A DNA stretch of 63,319 nt, counting the filler, from Kipferlia bialata (taxonomy: Eukaryota): assembly GCA_003568945.1 (NCBI GenBank). It is 4 parts of 4 records of this genome, joined end to end, with 100 filler letters (N's around TTAATTAATTAA, not from the genome) between each part and the next. Parts side by side here need not be neighbours in the genome. Positions count along the whole stretch, not along the records: positions 39,088 to 58,524 come from BDIP01000423.1; 3 more parts are not named here. The stretch is one strand, 5' to 3'. The notes beneath the pieces were generated by a model that saw only the letters and a list, made by a program, of their open reading frames with translations, had not been told where the DNA came from and made no database searches. A program made the translations under genes and the position numbers. Below are positions 39,422-52,096 of this stretch, in pieces. Position 1 is the stretch's first letter. The number at the start of each line of letters is the position of its first letter.

Positions 39422-40579
39422 ATGCCGGCTGTCACGCCCAACCGCTACACGAGATCCCTACACTCGTTGGACGACCCCGACCCTGACACCACTGACATCA
39501 TTGGGGACGAGCTGGTGGTTGCCGATGTGGTGACCTCCACCCAGGATGCCGCCCTCACTCTCTTGAGACGCAGGGTGTCACCCATCCCCTCCTTCCTACT
39601 AGTGGCCGAGGAGCAGACCAGAGGAAGGGGCAGCCACTCTCGGCCCTGGCAGTCAGACCCCGGCCACTCCTTGTGTGCCACCTATACAGTGCCCCACTCC
39701 CACTGCTCCGGCGGTCTGCTCCAGTCTCTGGTACCAGTGGCTCTGGTCGGGGCCATCCGAGACGTGACACAGGGGCAGGTCGCCATCAAGGTGGGCGGAT
39801 GTTCTCACTCTCTACTTACACAAATTCTCCACTCGATACTGATTCTCTGCTTACGGTCAGTGGCCAAATGATATCATCGCGGTCCACTCCCGGAGCAAGG
39901 TGGGGGGCATTCTGATTGAGGGCCACACCCTGCCTGACCCTGCGGCCCCCTGCGGCATGAGCCTGGTCTACCTGGTGGGGATTGGGGTCAACATAGGCAC
40001 AGTGGGACAGTACCAAGGTGGGGACAGTGTAGAATACATATAACAATATATATAGATACATCCATGCCGACGTATCCATGTACTGATGGCAGGACTGGAC
40101 AGTCTCCCCGGTGCCCCCCCTGACGTTGACCCGATATCACTCCTGGCATGCCTCACCAGGCACCTCAACGTGCTGCTGTCGGGAGATGTCATGCAGGTAG
40201 TGTCTATTTATGTGTGTGCATTATTCCTGTGCAGCGTACAGTACTCTTGTATGTACATTAGAGATGTCCCCCCACCCTAGGCCGAGACTAGGACCGAGCG
40301 TGTGACCGAGATGTACCACTCCCTGATAGTGCCAGATGCCACTATTAAGACAGCGGGCAGGAGCCTAGGCACGGGAAGAATACACGTATACACGGGATAT
40401 TTATGTGGACAGATATACAATATACTGTATCTAGATACGTCTGGCAATACCAACAGCCCCTGACCCCAGTGCCCGTTGGGGTGTCACCTGAGGGGGGGCT
40501 CCTCTGCCACGATACCGTCTCCCACACACCACACACACTGGTATCCTCCGAGGGGGTGACGTGGGAGTACCACGACTAG
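39422..40579 (+). CDS. birA: Biotin--protein ligase (BirA/BPL catalytic domain plus C-terminal SH3-like domain), multi-exon
   Basis: Motifs VTSTQD, AEEQTRGRG, W.S, IK|WPND (split by intron 39791-39860), KVGGILIE and GIGVN; C-terminal exon PVGVSPEGGLL...* ends 40579. Confidence 0.9.
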
Positions 40580-40761
40580 TGCCGGAACTAGCGCTAGAGC
40601 CTCTAGGCCCATGGATATATACACTATGTGTACACATACACATAGTGCAGGTCCAATGCGTGGAAGGGCAGTATCAACACATTGAGTATATATACCCCAA
40701 AGAGTGTCATAAATGTACTGGTTCTGCATGTGGACGTGTCCGTAGAGTGAGGAGTGCCGGA

Positions 40762-41451
40762 CTACCTAGCCTTATGCCTCTTGCCCTTGTTCATGGACCT
40801 CTTCTGAATGGTCAGCTCGGACCCAGGCCTCCCTGCCATACCAGAGGCATACACGGCCTCCCGCACACACTCCCTGTCCCCATACACAACAGACACCACC
40901 TTCCGGGACTTGTCCGGCCTGGTGACCCCCTTCACGTCCCCAAACAGCCACATGACATCCATCAGCTCCTCGTCTGAGTACTCGCCCCCCTCCCAGCTGA
41001 CTCTGGCCACGGCCATGCCCTGCCCGGCCTTGCCCTTGGCCTTGGTCTTCTTGGGCTTGGCCTTGTAGAACAGGGACTCGTCAATGGCCCCCTCCGCTAC
41101 CTGGGCCTCGAAGCGCACCCGCTCAGCCTCCTTCTCCCGCCGCTTCTGCTGCTGCAGACCCTCCTTCTTGTTGATTCGCTCCTGCATCTCCACAGCTGCC
41201 TTACGCCTCGTGGCATCTCTCTCCTTCACCTTCTTGGCAGCTGCCTGATTCTGCCGCCACGCCTCCAGTCGTTGTGGATCCAACAACAGCTCATACGCCT
41301 GTGTCAGCTCGTGGAACTTGGAGGCAGCCTCAGGGTCATCAGGGTGTCTATCCGGATGACACTTCAAGGCCCGGCGCCGATACGCCTTCGTAATCTCCTT
41401 GGGAGTCGCATTAGCATCCACACCAAGAAGTTTCAAAGGGTCAGTAGACAT
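40762..41451 (-). CDS. DNAJC17: J-domain + RRM protein, DNAJC17/Cwf23-like (intronless)
   Basis: N-terminal J domain (LGV...EITKAYRRRALKCHPDRHPD...FHELTQAYELL), charged helix, then RRM-like C-terminus (VSW...YSDEELMDVMWLFGDV...VVSVVY). Confidence 0.85.
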   Translation of the reverse strand: MSTDPLKLLGVDANATPKEITKAYRRRALKCHPDRHPDDPEAASKFHELTQAYELLLDPQRLEAWRQNQAAAKKVKERDATRRKAAVEMQERINKKEGLQQQKRREKEAERVRFEAQVAEGAIDESLFYKAKPKKTKAKGKAGQGMAVARVSWEGGEYSDEELMDVMWLFGDVKGVTRPDKSRKVVSVVYGDRECVREAVYASGMAGRPGSELTIQKRSMNKGKRHKAR

Positions 41452-41646
41452 ATCCCCACAAGAGGACAGTGTGTCAGGAACCTGATCAGCAGACTACACC
41501 CCTAGAGTCTGGAACGGCAAAAAGTGAATTTGAGTATAGTAAAAAGTGTTTATTTAGAAATAAAGGTCCGTGAATTAGAGTTAGCCAGAACAACATTAAC
41601 CTGCTCACAGCAACGACAGAAGAACTGACGTGTGTCACGTTGAGAC

Positions 41647-44600
41647 ATGGAGACGGCAGAGGACCATTCAAGTTCTGTGGTGGTTGAGCTTGTTTCCTCT
41701 TATCTCCCCTTGATTGACGATGGGTCACGGCAAGAGCTGCTGGATTGTTCCTCCGGGGAGTTTGAGGAGTCTGCTGTGTTTGTGAAGGATCCGGCACAGT
41801 GTGAATCAGCCCTGGAGGCTGTCATGAACCTTGCTAGACTCATGTTACTCGCGACTGAACCGGGTTCCGAGACTGAAGCTCTAAGGTACTTTCCATTACG
41901 ACACCTCACTATTTCTTCTCACCCTAAGGGATCTCTTTGCCCGCGTACCTGTTGGTTCCAAGAGGTATTTCTTACCTACTGGAGGCGCTGTGGTTGGGGT
42001 ACCTCTCGAAGACGAGACTATGGCGACAGCGATTGTGTCAGAGGAACCCAGTCAGGAGGCGCAGAGCTCTAAGGATGATGGGACAGTGGCGGATGAGGAG
42101 GCTAGTCCCTCTCCGGAGGTTGTGTCCGAGGAGGCAGAGGTGGAGGCCCAAGCGTCAGAGTCAAGCCACTCTGCCTCTGTCCCTACTCATACCATGCCTA
42201 TCATTGCTAGGTTCGATGTGTCAACATATACTGAGGCAGACGCTGAGCCAGAGGCCATGGAAGATGAGCCTGCTGACGCACCCGTAGACCCCGAGGCCCC
42301 CACCCCAGAGACCCAGGTGCCTGGGTACTGTCCGTGTGCCTCCTATGTCAGGACAAGGGTACGCGCCCGTCTCCTGATGCTGGGCCCTGCCCTTGGGGCC
42401 ATCGAGGGCGTCACCAGTGCCACCCTGCTGGTGTCTTCCTACAAGGCCCTGGTCGGTGGGTGTCCAGCCTCTGTCCCCATCGTACCCTTCGTATCTGTGC
42501 AGAGTCCCACCCACCAGTTCTGTAACGACCTCGTGTCGACAGCGCTGTCTCTCAACCTCCCCCATGTAGGGACTGTACTAGCCCTCAGGTACAGATGGGG
42601 TTGCGTAAGACGTTATTTACTGGTAGAGCATATATTTCTTGTTGCGATGTTCATGTTGCGATGCGATGTTTGTGTCACCTACCTATGTACTTATCCCAGA
42701 CGCCTCCTGGCAGCACTTGCTGTCTACACCGTTGACACTGTCCTCACCGTGCCTCAGCAGCAGCAGCTGTGCATGGCCGCCATGGGTCAACAGATCCCAG
42801 AGGCCCAGCTTGCAGCCACCATAGACGCCCTGAAGCAGCTGGGCAAGTGGGTGCAGGTGCACCCGTATGTGGTACTGACCGACGCCGTGACCCTCATCGG
42901 CTGTCTGACCCAGCCCGGCCCCCTCCCCCCCTTCCCCGCGCTGCAGACCATCAAGGCCGTGGGAGATCATGCGCTGTCTGATGTGCTGGTGGCACCCCTG
43001 GAGGCAGGGGCAGAGGCAGCGGGGCAGGAGGCAGCGGAGGAGGAGGAGGCGGAGGCTGAGGCACAGGCGATGCAGGAGGAGAGATACGATACAAGGCTGC
43101 GCTCCAACGAGTCTCTGTGCCCCTACCCCGACCTCGAGGGCACCCTCACCCAGCGCATGGACACATTGGCCCCATACATGCCCTACATCGAGCAGATCCT
43201 AGGTGCGCCCTCAAACATGTTATGTCTCTCTATATTGTATAACTATTCAACACTTCTGGGTGTGGGACGTGTAGTTTTAGGTCTTTCCACTTCCCGCCCA
43301 TATTTCTTCTAAAATGATCTCTTGACACGTTCGGCAAGTATACCGCGTCACCCTACTGACACTGACACGTGTGCTGATGCCCAGACAGCACCGGCCTTGT
43401 GGATGCGTGTGTCCTTGTCAAGGGTGCAGCAGATGCCGAGGCCAGAGACGAGTACCGCAAGAGTGTGGAGGCCGGCAAGAGGAGGCGGGGTGCCGACATC
43501 ATGCCTCATGAGTATGGGTGCCAGGTCTGCCCCCGAAGGGTGATGCCGCTGTCACAGGCCGTGTCCTCCCTGGCCTCTGCCCTGTGCTCCACCAGGGACA
43601 GACCCCCCAGACACGTGCAGGAGTGCCTCCTTGGAGTGGTTGCATACGGACACGCCACACTCTCCCAGACCGACCCAGAGACTCCCAACCCCTTCGAGTC
43701 TCCGCAGCTAGCCAAGCGGTTTGCCAGCTGGTGGGGCAGCACATCTGGGTCCGATGTCTATCTTAGCTACCTGCCCCTCGGCCGTTTCCTCGCAGCCAAC
43801 CCCGGGTACCTCGTGGCCTGTGGCCCCACTGATATAGGGGTGGAAGTGACTTCCGACAGGGCTCAGACAGAGGGGGTGTACGAGGGGGTGGCAAGCGTCT
43901 CGGGACGGTTCAACTCCTGGGACTTCCTCCGCCCTGACCTGAGGACATTCCTAGCCCCCACCCCCCTCAGTGTGTGGAACGACGAGGCCAGACAGGCCGA
44001 CGCCCGGGGTCAGGATCCCCTGTACAGTGTCCCTGAGGCCCAGCACCCCGTCCCCCCCCTGCCCATCGCCACTCTCGTCAGACCCTCTCTGGTCCAGCTC
44101 CAGCAGCGGCTCGAACTCCTGCAGCCAGCCTTTGCGGCACTCACTGCTCTCGGGCAGGGCTTCCAGTGTCTGCCTCGGCTCATGAAGGTCCTTGCTCCCC
44201 CCGAGGACCAGGTCTCTGCCAGGGCCGGTATGGTTCACAACAACTCTCTGATGCGAGTGTCGAAGTCTGCCGCCCTGCTCCCCTACCCCTTCCTGAGGGT
44301 GCTGCTGGTGAGTGCAGTGGTGTGTCACGAGGAGCCAGTGGTGCTATCGAGTAAGAACAAGCTGCAGGCATCCATCACCAGGGTCGCTGGGATCCTGGAT
44401 GGATACGACCTGCCCGCCCCCATCACGCGGCCCAGGGACGTGGAGGCCACCTTCCTGTGTCTGTGTAGGGTGGGCAGGTGGGTGCACACGCACCCCCTGG
44501 GTCTGCTCATGGACATGCCTCTCCCGAAGGAGGGAGGGCATGACGCCAAGGCATGGGGCAGCGTCTACAGTGTAGCCAGGGCCATTGACGCAGACACCAC

Positions 44601-45942
44601 CGTGACCTGTGGGTGGGACTGCCTAGGCCTACCCTCCATCCTGCCGAGGGTCACAGGCATACCCGTGGAGGCATCCCCCGTGCCCCCCTTCGCCCACATC
44701 CCCAAGCAGTACTACCCGCCTCACCGCCTGTTTGGAGACTGCCTCTCCGCTCAGATGCACCTGGCCATGAAGTGTCAGCACATAGCTCCCATCGCCTCAG
44801 CCCTCGACGCCGCTCTAGGCACAGATGGATTCTCGGCCGTGTGTCAGTTCTTCGGGTGCCCCAAGGGTGTCGAGTGCCCCCGTACAGGGGACGTCTCTGC
44901 CGCTGCGGTGCCTGTACTGAGGGAGTGGGTGCGACAGGAGAAGGACAGAATGGCCGCCAAGAGGGGGCATGCCGTGGTCAGCAGGGTGCCTCTCACCCTG
45001 GTCCGATCCCTCCTTGTCATGCACGAGGCCGGTACATCGTGTCCCGACGCCAGACTCTACCAGGTCCTAAAGAGATGCGGGATCCTCAGTGCAGAGCCTG
45101 TTTCCGACAAGAAGCGCACCAGTCCTAACTATGTCTCCTACCTCCGGCGTACTCTGACCGACTTTGCTCTCATCGCCCTGTGCCTCCGCCGCCATCCCCT
45201 GCTCTTCTTTGCAGAGGTGCCCACCAACCAGAGGAACAGCTGCCGCCGTGCCCTGGTTGTCACATTGACTAGGGTGGGCACGCTGGCCAGGGATGCCTTC
45301 CAGAGCTGGGCCTTTGTGCCTGACAGACTGATGGTAGAGACCCTGCAGAGGCATGTGCCCTTCAGGTGTCTGACATCAGACGCGGACAGTGCCTTTGCAG
45401 ATGCCAGACAGGACAGGAGGGAGGGAGCCGATGGGACATCGACCCCAGGGGCAGGGGCTGACTCCCATGCCGCTACTACCCCAGGGGAGACCCAGGATGC
45501 CGTAAATGCAACGACAACTGATGGCCAAACAGAGTCTGGCGATGTCGAGATGGATGGAGGTGTGTCTGAGACCGCAGACGATGCAGCCAGGCCTGAGAGT
45601 CCCAGGCCCTGGGGTAACTCGCCCCAGTCACGTGAGCTGCGGCTAAGAGACCCCTCCCCTTCTGAGGCCACAGCCGAGGTGATCCAGTCCTCCCTGCTCC
45701 CTGTCTCCGTATCCGTGTCACCCTACCACTCCCAGACACAGACGCCCTCTGGTGTCTCGGCCCTCTCGCTCCCTAGGTTCGACACACCCACCCACAGTAA
45801 TCATGTCGAGGCCACATCTCTCCCAGTAGCCCTCCAGGGTGCAGTACTGAGCCCCATAGAGCTCCCCCTCGACGTATCCCGTCGTGTGTCCGACCCCGTT
45901 CCCTCAGGCCCCCCTGCCAAGAGGGCAGTGCCCCATGAGTGA
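41647..45942 (+). CDS. Large hypothetical helical protein with internal repeats
   Basis: ATG 41647. Introns ~41886-41928, ~42589-42699 and ~43203-43384 link ORFs 41990-43312 and 43399-45942. Confidence 0.75.
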
Positions 45943-46428
45943 GGAGGACTAAGGGTCTGTGGTGGTTGGTCTCTGGTACCCCCACTCCCTGGTATTGTGT
46001 CTACTCTATTGCCTACTCTGTTGTATATGGCGGCCATTTTGGTTTCGTACTTGTGTGCAGTGCCGCCCTTCGATATCATATGTATCATATGCTATCCATC
46101 ACGATATGGTGTGACCGCGTATCCATCATATCTGTCGACGTGTTGTCGATGTTTTGTGTCCGGTTGAGATGCCTGAAGGTTACTTCGTGGCGTCTCCGTG
46201 TTGTTTTCTGTTTCTCTCGTGTACCTTTTCTAAATCATCGGATGTTGGGTTTATTCCGTTCAATGACTGTCTTATTCATATGTATCACTGTTGCAGTCGT
46301 TGTAAAGTGTGATACTAATAATAATGTGGTAATAGCTTGGGTAAACAGACCCCCGTAGATGTAGTGAAAATCGTGTAGAAAAGCAGAGTATCAGGTGCAT
46401 GTCCCTAGGTAGGACAAGGGGTCTCTGT

Positions 46429-48388
46429 CTACAGCCCCCCCGACAGCACCATGAGGCATGCATTGCACAGGATGCACAGACTGACCAGACACTGGTAGAA
46501 CAGAACACGCGGGTGGCCGTTCCCCCTCCACACACTAGCTAGCATGGACCACAGGGAGTGGGGTGTGAAGCCGTCAACAGTCTTGGCGTACAGTCTCTCC
46601 AGGCGTTGCCCCACAGTTTCCACCCCGTACAGAGACGCAATCTCCCTCCGGTACCCCCTGCGAGATGGTGACGGTCGGTACTTCTCCGGTGCCGCCCTAC
46701 AGAGGGCCACTGCCCTCTGTAACCCATCAAGCACACCCTAGGGTGAGAGATGTAGGGGTATATCTACATGCAGCACTGGGATGTTGCTTACTGGTGTTTC
46801 CCAATGAGCCTGCCACACTAGTATTCATACCTCCCTACTACACGGTACTATGAACTGACTGGCCAGGTCAGGTGCCACGCTCTCATAGACATCCCTGGCT
46901 CCTCCCACATCGGTGGCCACAACAACAGCACCTGGGGTGGGGCATCATGGGATATCGAGGAATGCGGAGAGGTACGGCACATACATGAATGTGTATGTGT
47001 CCACACTTGGAAGAGATTCCCGAGGGAAACAACTAAAAGATGGATTAACATAACATCCAGTTGTCGCGAAAGCGTCACAACACCAAAATACGCATACAGC
47101 AGAGGTCACTTGTCAGTATGTACGGTAATCCTACCCGCTGCGAGTGCCTCGCATATGACTATCCCAAAGGCCTCTGTGAGGGAGGGCACGACCATGATGT
47201 GGGAACGCCTCACAACACCAAACGCCGCAACCCTCCTCAGAGCCCCCAGCATTCTAAAGCGTCTCTGGCCCTGGGGGACAGCCTCGCCTGTGGTGACAAG
47301 GGGTGCGATAACTTGTCACAATAGAGTGGGAAATAGAATGTCTCATGGCAATCCTAGTAGAGAAACACTAGATCCTATCACAAGCCATCTGATCGTATCA
47401 CCAGCTATGCCCCATACCTGCCTGGGCCATAGTTGTGGCACACGGCCCCTCCCCCACCACCACCAGCTCCACCCCTGGGTCAGCCAGTAGGGGTGGGGCG
47501 ATGTCTGCGAGGAGGTCTGCCCCCTTGCGCTGGGTCAGCCTGGCCACCATGACGACCCTCACCATACCAGGGTCGGGGTAGCCAATGTCACACGCATCGG
47601 ACACGGCGGGGATCACAACTGGGGGTGAGGGCACATGGGTATCAGTATGCTTGTAATGAGATCACATACTGCACCCGTCCCCCTCTCCCACCTGGGTTAG
47701 GCACCACCTGGACCCCCCCTGACACACTCCCTATCCCCCTGGCACACATGTTATCTGACACGGCATGGGTCACGGCTAGGGCACTGGGGTCAGGGGGGGA
47801 TATTCATAGTACACAGGGACAGATGCATGAGGAACTGGAACCGAAGGGTGATGGAGGGTGGAAGTGTGAAGTAGAACGACAGCACATGCAATTCTCATCC
47901 ACCCCAGATACTATGTGACTTGCAGTCCCCACCTAGAACAAGCTGCCCCGATGATCAGGGAGGAGATACCCTGGGGGTGGGAGGAAAGAAAGAGGGGGTA
48001 TCAGCTACCTAACCGCAATCATTGTGACAACACACAACGCACGATACACGACCATCTCTACCTGTACCGCCAGCTCTGGCAGGGTGGCCCTACTTAGTGA
48101 GTGGTCTGTACTGATAACAGGCACACCCAGACAGGCCCCGTGCAGGGCAAACTCCATCGCTACTCTGGGGTAAGCTGGGCCTATATAGAGACTGGGATGC
48201 ACCGTACCAGAGCAGCAATATGACACAGACATTCATGTTCTCTTTATATACACAAGAAGGTCGCACGTACACGGAGTAAGAGTGGTGCACGTGGATGAGC
48301 TCTGTCCGGTGGAACCGCATCAGGGCCCTGGCAAATGGGAAGCTCATACTGAGTAGAGGGGTGGGAGACCCCTGGCCAGACCCAGTGC
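46429..48388 (-). CDS. PIGA: PIG-A/GPI3-like GlcNAc-PI transferase (GT4), multi-exon; N-terminal exon(s) missing
   Basis: SFPFARALMRFHRTELIHVHHSYS, ALHGACLGVPVISTDHSL, VVMVARLTQRKGADLL, VVGEGP, PSLTEAFGIVICEALAA and VVATDVGG match the PIG-A motif order; C-terminal hydrophobic segment. Confidence 0.85.
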
Positions 48389-48441
48389 CTGGGGCATAAG
48401 GGATATGGAATGGGGGGGGGGGGGGGGGTTGGGGGGGTGAA

Positions 48442-48480
<39 letters not shown>

Positions 48481-48499
48481 GATCATGTATCGCTCTCAC

Positions 48500-49082
48500 C
48501 TTGAAGGGGGTTCCGCGGGTCACGCTGGAGTCAAAGACACGTCCGTCGGTGAAGGTACCTGGAGTGAGAGGACGTAGTGCAAACAACAGGGGTCATATCT
48601 TATAGGAGCATGAGCGGAAAGCAGCACAACCACTAAAAGCACAAGATACACGTACCGGTGTAGTGCACAGTCACGGTCTGGCCGCGCTGGGGGAAGTTGA
48701 CGCCGTCGCCAACCTGGATAACCTCCTTCTGGGTGTGAGAGGTGGCATGAACGGAAAACGAGGCGAGTAAAGCAATCAATCCGCAAACTCCACACACACC
48801 GCCCATACTACAACAACACCACGATAATCAAGCACAGCACACTAAAGAACATATAAAGAGAGATTATCAAGGTACCTTAAGCTCGGGAACCATTGTGTCT
48901 TCGGAAGAAGAGTCGACCACTTCATTCACATTGGTCAGATTGGCGTCATTGATCTTGGTGATCACTACTGCAATGAAAACACCCACGAGTGCCAGAACAA
49001 GCAGAAGCAGCACGCGGGAGGGGATTCCCTTGGGGGCAGGGGCTGCCTCGGTCTTTGGTGTCTTGGTCTCAGTCTTGGACAT
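48500..49082 (-). CDS. FKBP: FKBP-type peptidyl-prolyl isomerase with N-terminal signal anchor; only the first three exons present (49082-48876, 48728-48656, 48558-48500)
   Basis: Spliced ...MVPELK|KEVIQVGDGVNFPQRGQTVTVHYTG|TFTDGRVFDSSVTRGTPFK is the FKBP12-type N-terminal half; upstream hydrophobic stretch VLLLLVLALVGVFIAVVI. Confidence 0.88.
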
Positions 49083-49722
49083 CTTGGAGAGAGTGTGGAT
49101 GACATGACTATTGAACACCACAAACACAATGACTCGTGCATATGCACTATATATTGGCCGACGGGTACCCACCCAGGTAGCAAGCCATCATCACTACATA
49201 ATACACCGCCCAGATGGTATCTCCGCGGTTCTGAGGGGGGAGATACCTCTGGACACGAGTGTGACTGTAGTGTACGGGGGACACTACATCCCCATTAACA
49301 CCTCCGATACCCAACAAGCCCACCACAAGTGGTAGTCCCATCAATCCACGCTCCCCTTGAATAAACAACATGTGCACAAGTGCCTCTTGAGACCATGGAA
49401 GATACCCATGGCTCCGTCCGAGACACCCGATTTCCTAGATTCCGTTGCAACAAACGAATGATACCACCCTACAGGACCAGCATGCCAAAGATTCATTAGG
49501 TCTAAGGCCGCCCCATGCAGGAGAGGCACGCGGTGGAACGTAACTCAAAAGAAGAGACCGTAGATGTCAACACCCTCGCATCGGCAAACACAATTTGACT
49601 CAAGGGTGCAGGTCTGATGTATCGTTTCAGCATAAACATTGTTTATTGGTTTTTGCTGTGGTACACTGGTCCAACCCTTTCGTGTAGCTACAAGTGCTCA
49701 GCCAGTGTACTGTACACAAACT

Positions 49723-51622
49723 CACATGTCTGCCATGGTTGCTGCCTGCTGGTACACAGTGCCCAGGTACCTGATGACAAGGTTCTCACCCTCAGACATG
49801 CCCTGACAGTGAGAGAAATACGAACACACACATATACATACAGTTTCACACACATGTGCAACGATGTTGACTTGACTCTGGTGTAGAAATAGAAGTACCG
49901 GACCTGCCCCTGTGACTGTGCCATGTGAAGGGAGGTCCCATCGGGGGATAGAGAGACATTGTGCCTGGGGTGAGATAGTGTACAGGAGAGAGTGGGTAGG
50001 AGGGTCATGTCTGTAGCGACACGATACACTCTGTGAATAATTATGTACTATTTTACCTCTCTGCCAGGGTGGCCAAGTTGTCTGTGACCCCTGCTGCCCT
50101 GAGAGCAGTCTCAGAGACCTGACAGTTAGAACATATATAGCATATATATATATATATATTTATATGTGCGTGTGTAGACCTGACAGTAGGACATCAAGCA
50201 TACAAATATACAGTGAATACGCTCATACCTCTCTATCAGCTGAGAGGGTTGCCAGGGCCCGCAGGGTGTCACCCTCCACCTTGGACAGCAGCCTGGGGTG
50301 AGGATATATATATACACATGGAAAGAGAGAGAGAGAGGGATTGTAAAATTTTTACCCTGTACATACCTGTCCATGGCTGGCTTGACCAGGGGTGCATCAG
50401 CAAAGGGGTAGTCATAGAGACGCTGCACAAGGAGGCCTGATAATTAGAGAACTTCACATATATATATATCCAATTGTACAGGAACCTGCAGGATATACAC
50501 TTGCCCTCACCCTCGATGTCAGCCACTATGCCCATCTGCCTTCTGTACACAACATCCCAGGCAGGGGCAGCAGAGAGCCTGACGTTGGAGTATATTAATA
50601 CATATGTACAAATAGATGGAGAGACATATGTATACAATAACATATGTATATAACTACAGGTACAGCAGACAACCTGGGGTGAGAGTTTTATAGGCCAATG
50701 TGCAAGAGATTAAGAATCATGACCCATGTACGTGTTATAGTATATATGTACCTAGCCATTAGGTAATGGAAAGGAGCCCTGTCTGTCTCCCCCAGCAGCA
50801 TCAGGAGGTGTGCCTCCATGAGGGCAGAGGCACGGCCGAAGGGGGAAGCGGCTAGAGTGAGAGATGAGAATGAGGCGTAAAGAGAGCAACAGTGATGATC
50901 AGCGACTAAGAGAGATTGTGCTCCTAGAAGAGTTTGTCTAGAGGAGAGGGAGGACAGTATATACCTGCGATGTACTCTGGCTCGAGTGTCTCGAATGCCA
51001 CCCTGGCTGCCCGGAAGTCACCTGGGTTAGTATATATATATTTTGTATACAGATAGAGAGAGAGAGAGAGAGAGATAGTATACACAAATATATGCTGAAG
51101 TCACCTGCCACCAGTGCATTGGCATGGACGGCCTCTCTAGCCATCAGGGTGTCATCCTGAGGGTGAGATAGGCAGAGTGATGTAACTACTGAGAAAGAAA
51201 GAGAGAGAGGGATGATGGGGGGGGGGGGGGGGGGGGAAAGAGTATGAAATGGAGGACAGGGAAGGGGGGCAGAGGGAGGGCAGGAAGTACAAAGGAGGGT
51301 TGCCCTACCTGCATCTGGAGCTGCTGGAGCTGGAGGTTCTGGAGGGTGGTCAGTGCCTGGGAGGCAGCCTTGGGTCAGACACACATTCTGATGGATACAT
51401 TTGAGAGTAGAGTCGACACAGTCAACCACAACGCTATACCTTGCTGCCCCTCGTGTGCTCCCTGGCCACTCCGTCTGTCAGCACGTTGTACTCTCTGTTG
51501 GACGACTGGTCCGAGGACACAAACATGTCTCGGTAGCGGGCATTCCACTCATGGTCGGTGGGGGAGCTGGGGATGGGGAGCATGTCGACGTGCTCGTGGT
51601 TGAGCAGGGCAGACCGGAGCAT
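49723..51622 (-). CDS. Hypothetical multi-exon helical protein (possibly TPR-like)
   Basis: ATG 51622. About 10 small exons with fused acceptors (DDTLMAREAVHANALVA|GDFRAARVAFETLEPEYIA; RASALMEAHLLMLLGETDRAPFHYLM; ...YQQAATMADM*). Confidence 0.6.
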
Positions 51623-52096
51623 GCATGCCCAGGGGACCTGGGGTGGGGGCGGTCAGGATGAATATATCGGCAAGTGCATGTCAGTCGGATATTTAAAGAC
51701 CAATGATACGGTTGCTAACCTTGTTGATGTATGCATTTGTGTAGGTGTGTTGGCAGTCAGACGGCAGTCTGGAGACCAGGACGGTGCTGCTGATCTCACG
51801 CCAGTCAATCTTGAACTTGCTGTTGGAGATCGCAGAACACTGACGTCAAAAAAAGGAAAGAGATGATGAACATAACAAAGAGCGCACAATCATGATGTAA
51901 AATGATATGATACCAGCGCATCAGATACTAATAGGAAGATGCACAAGTGGTCTCTGGTGAAGGTATACTATTGGGATCTCTTAGGATGTTGGGAGTGTTT
52001 TGTATCATGGCTCGAAACGATCACCAAGACAAAGGTAAACTGAACAAAGAGCAGCGAAGGCTACATACAATACACCATAACGGTACAATATGGTTG

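Noticed and set aside
48344..49082. FKBP-PIG-A fusion protein
   Set aside because: Splice phases are incompatible and both domains are incomplete; more likely an assembly collapse
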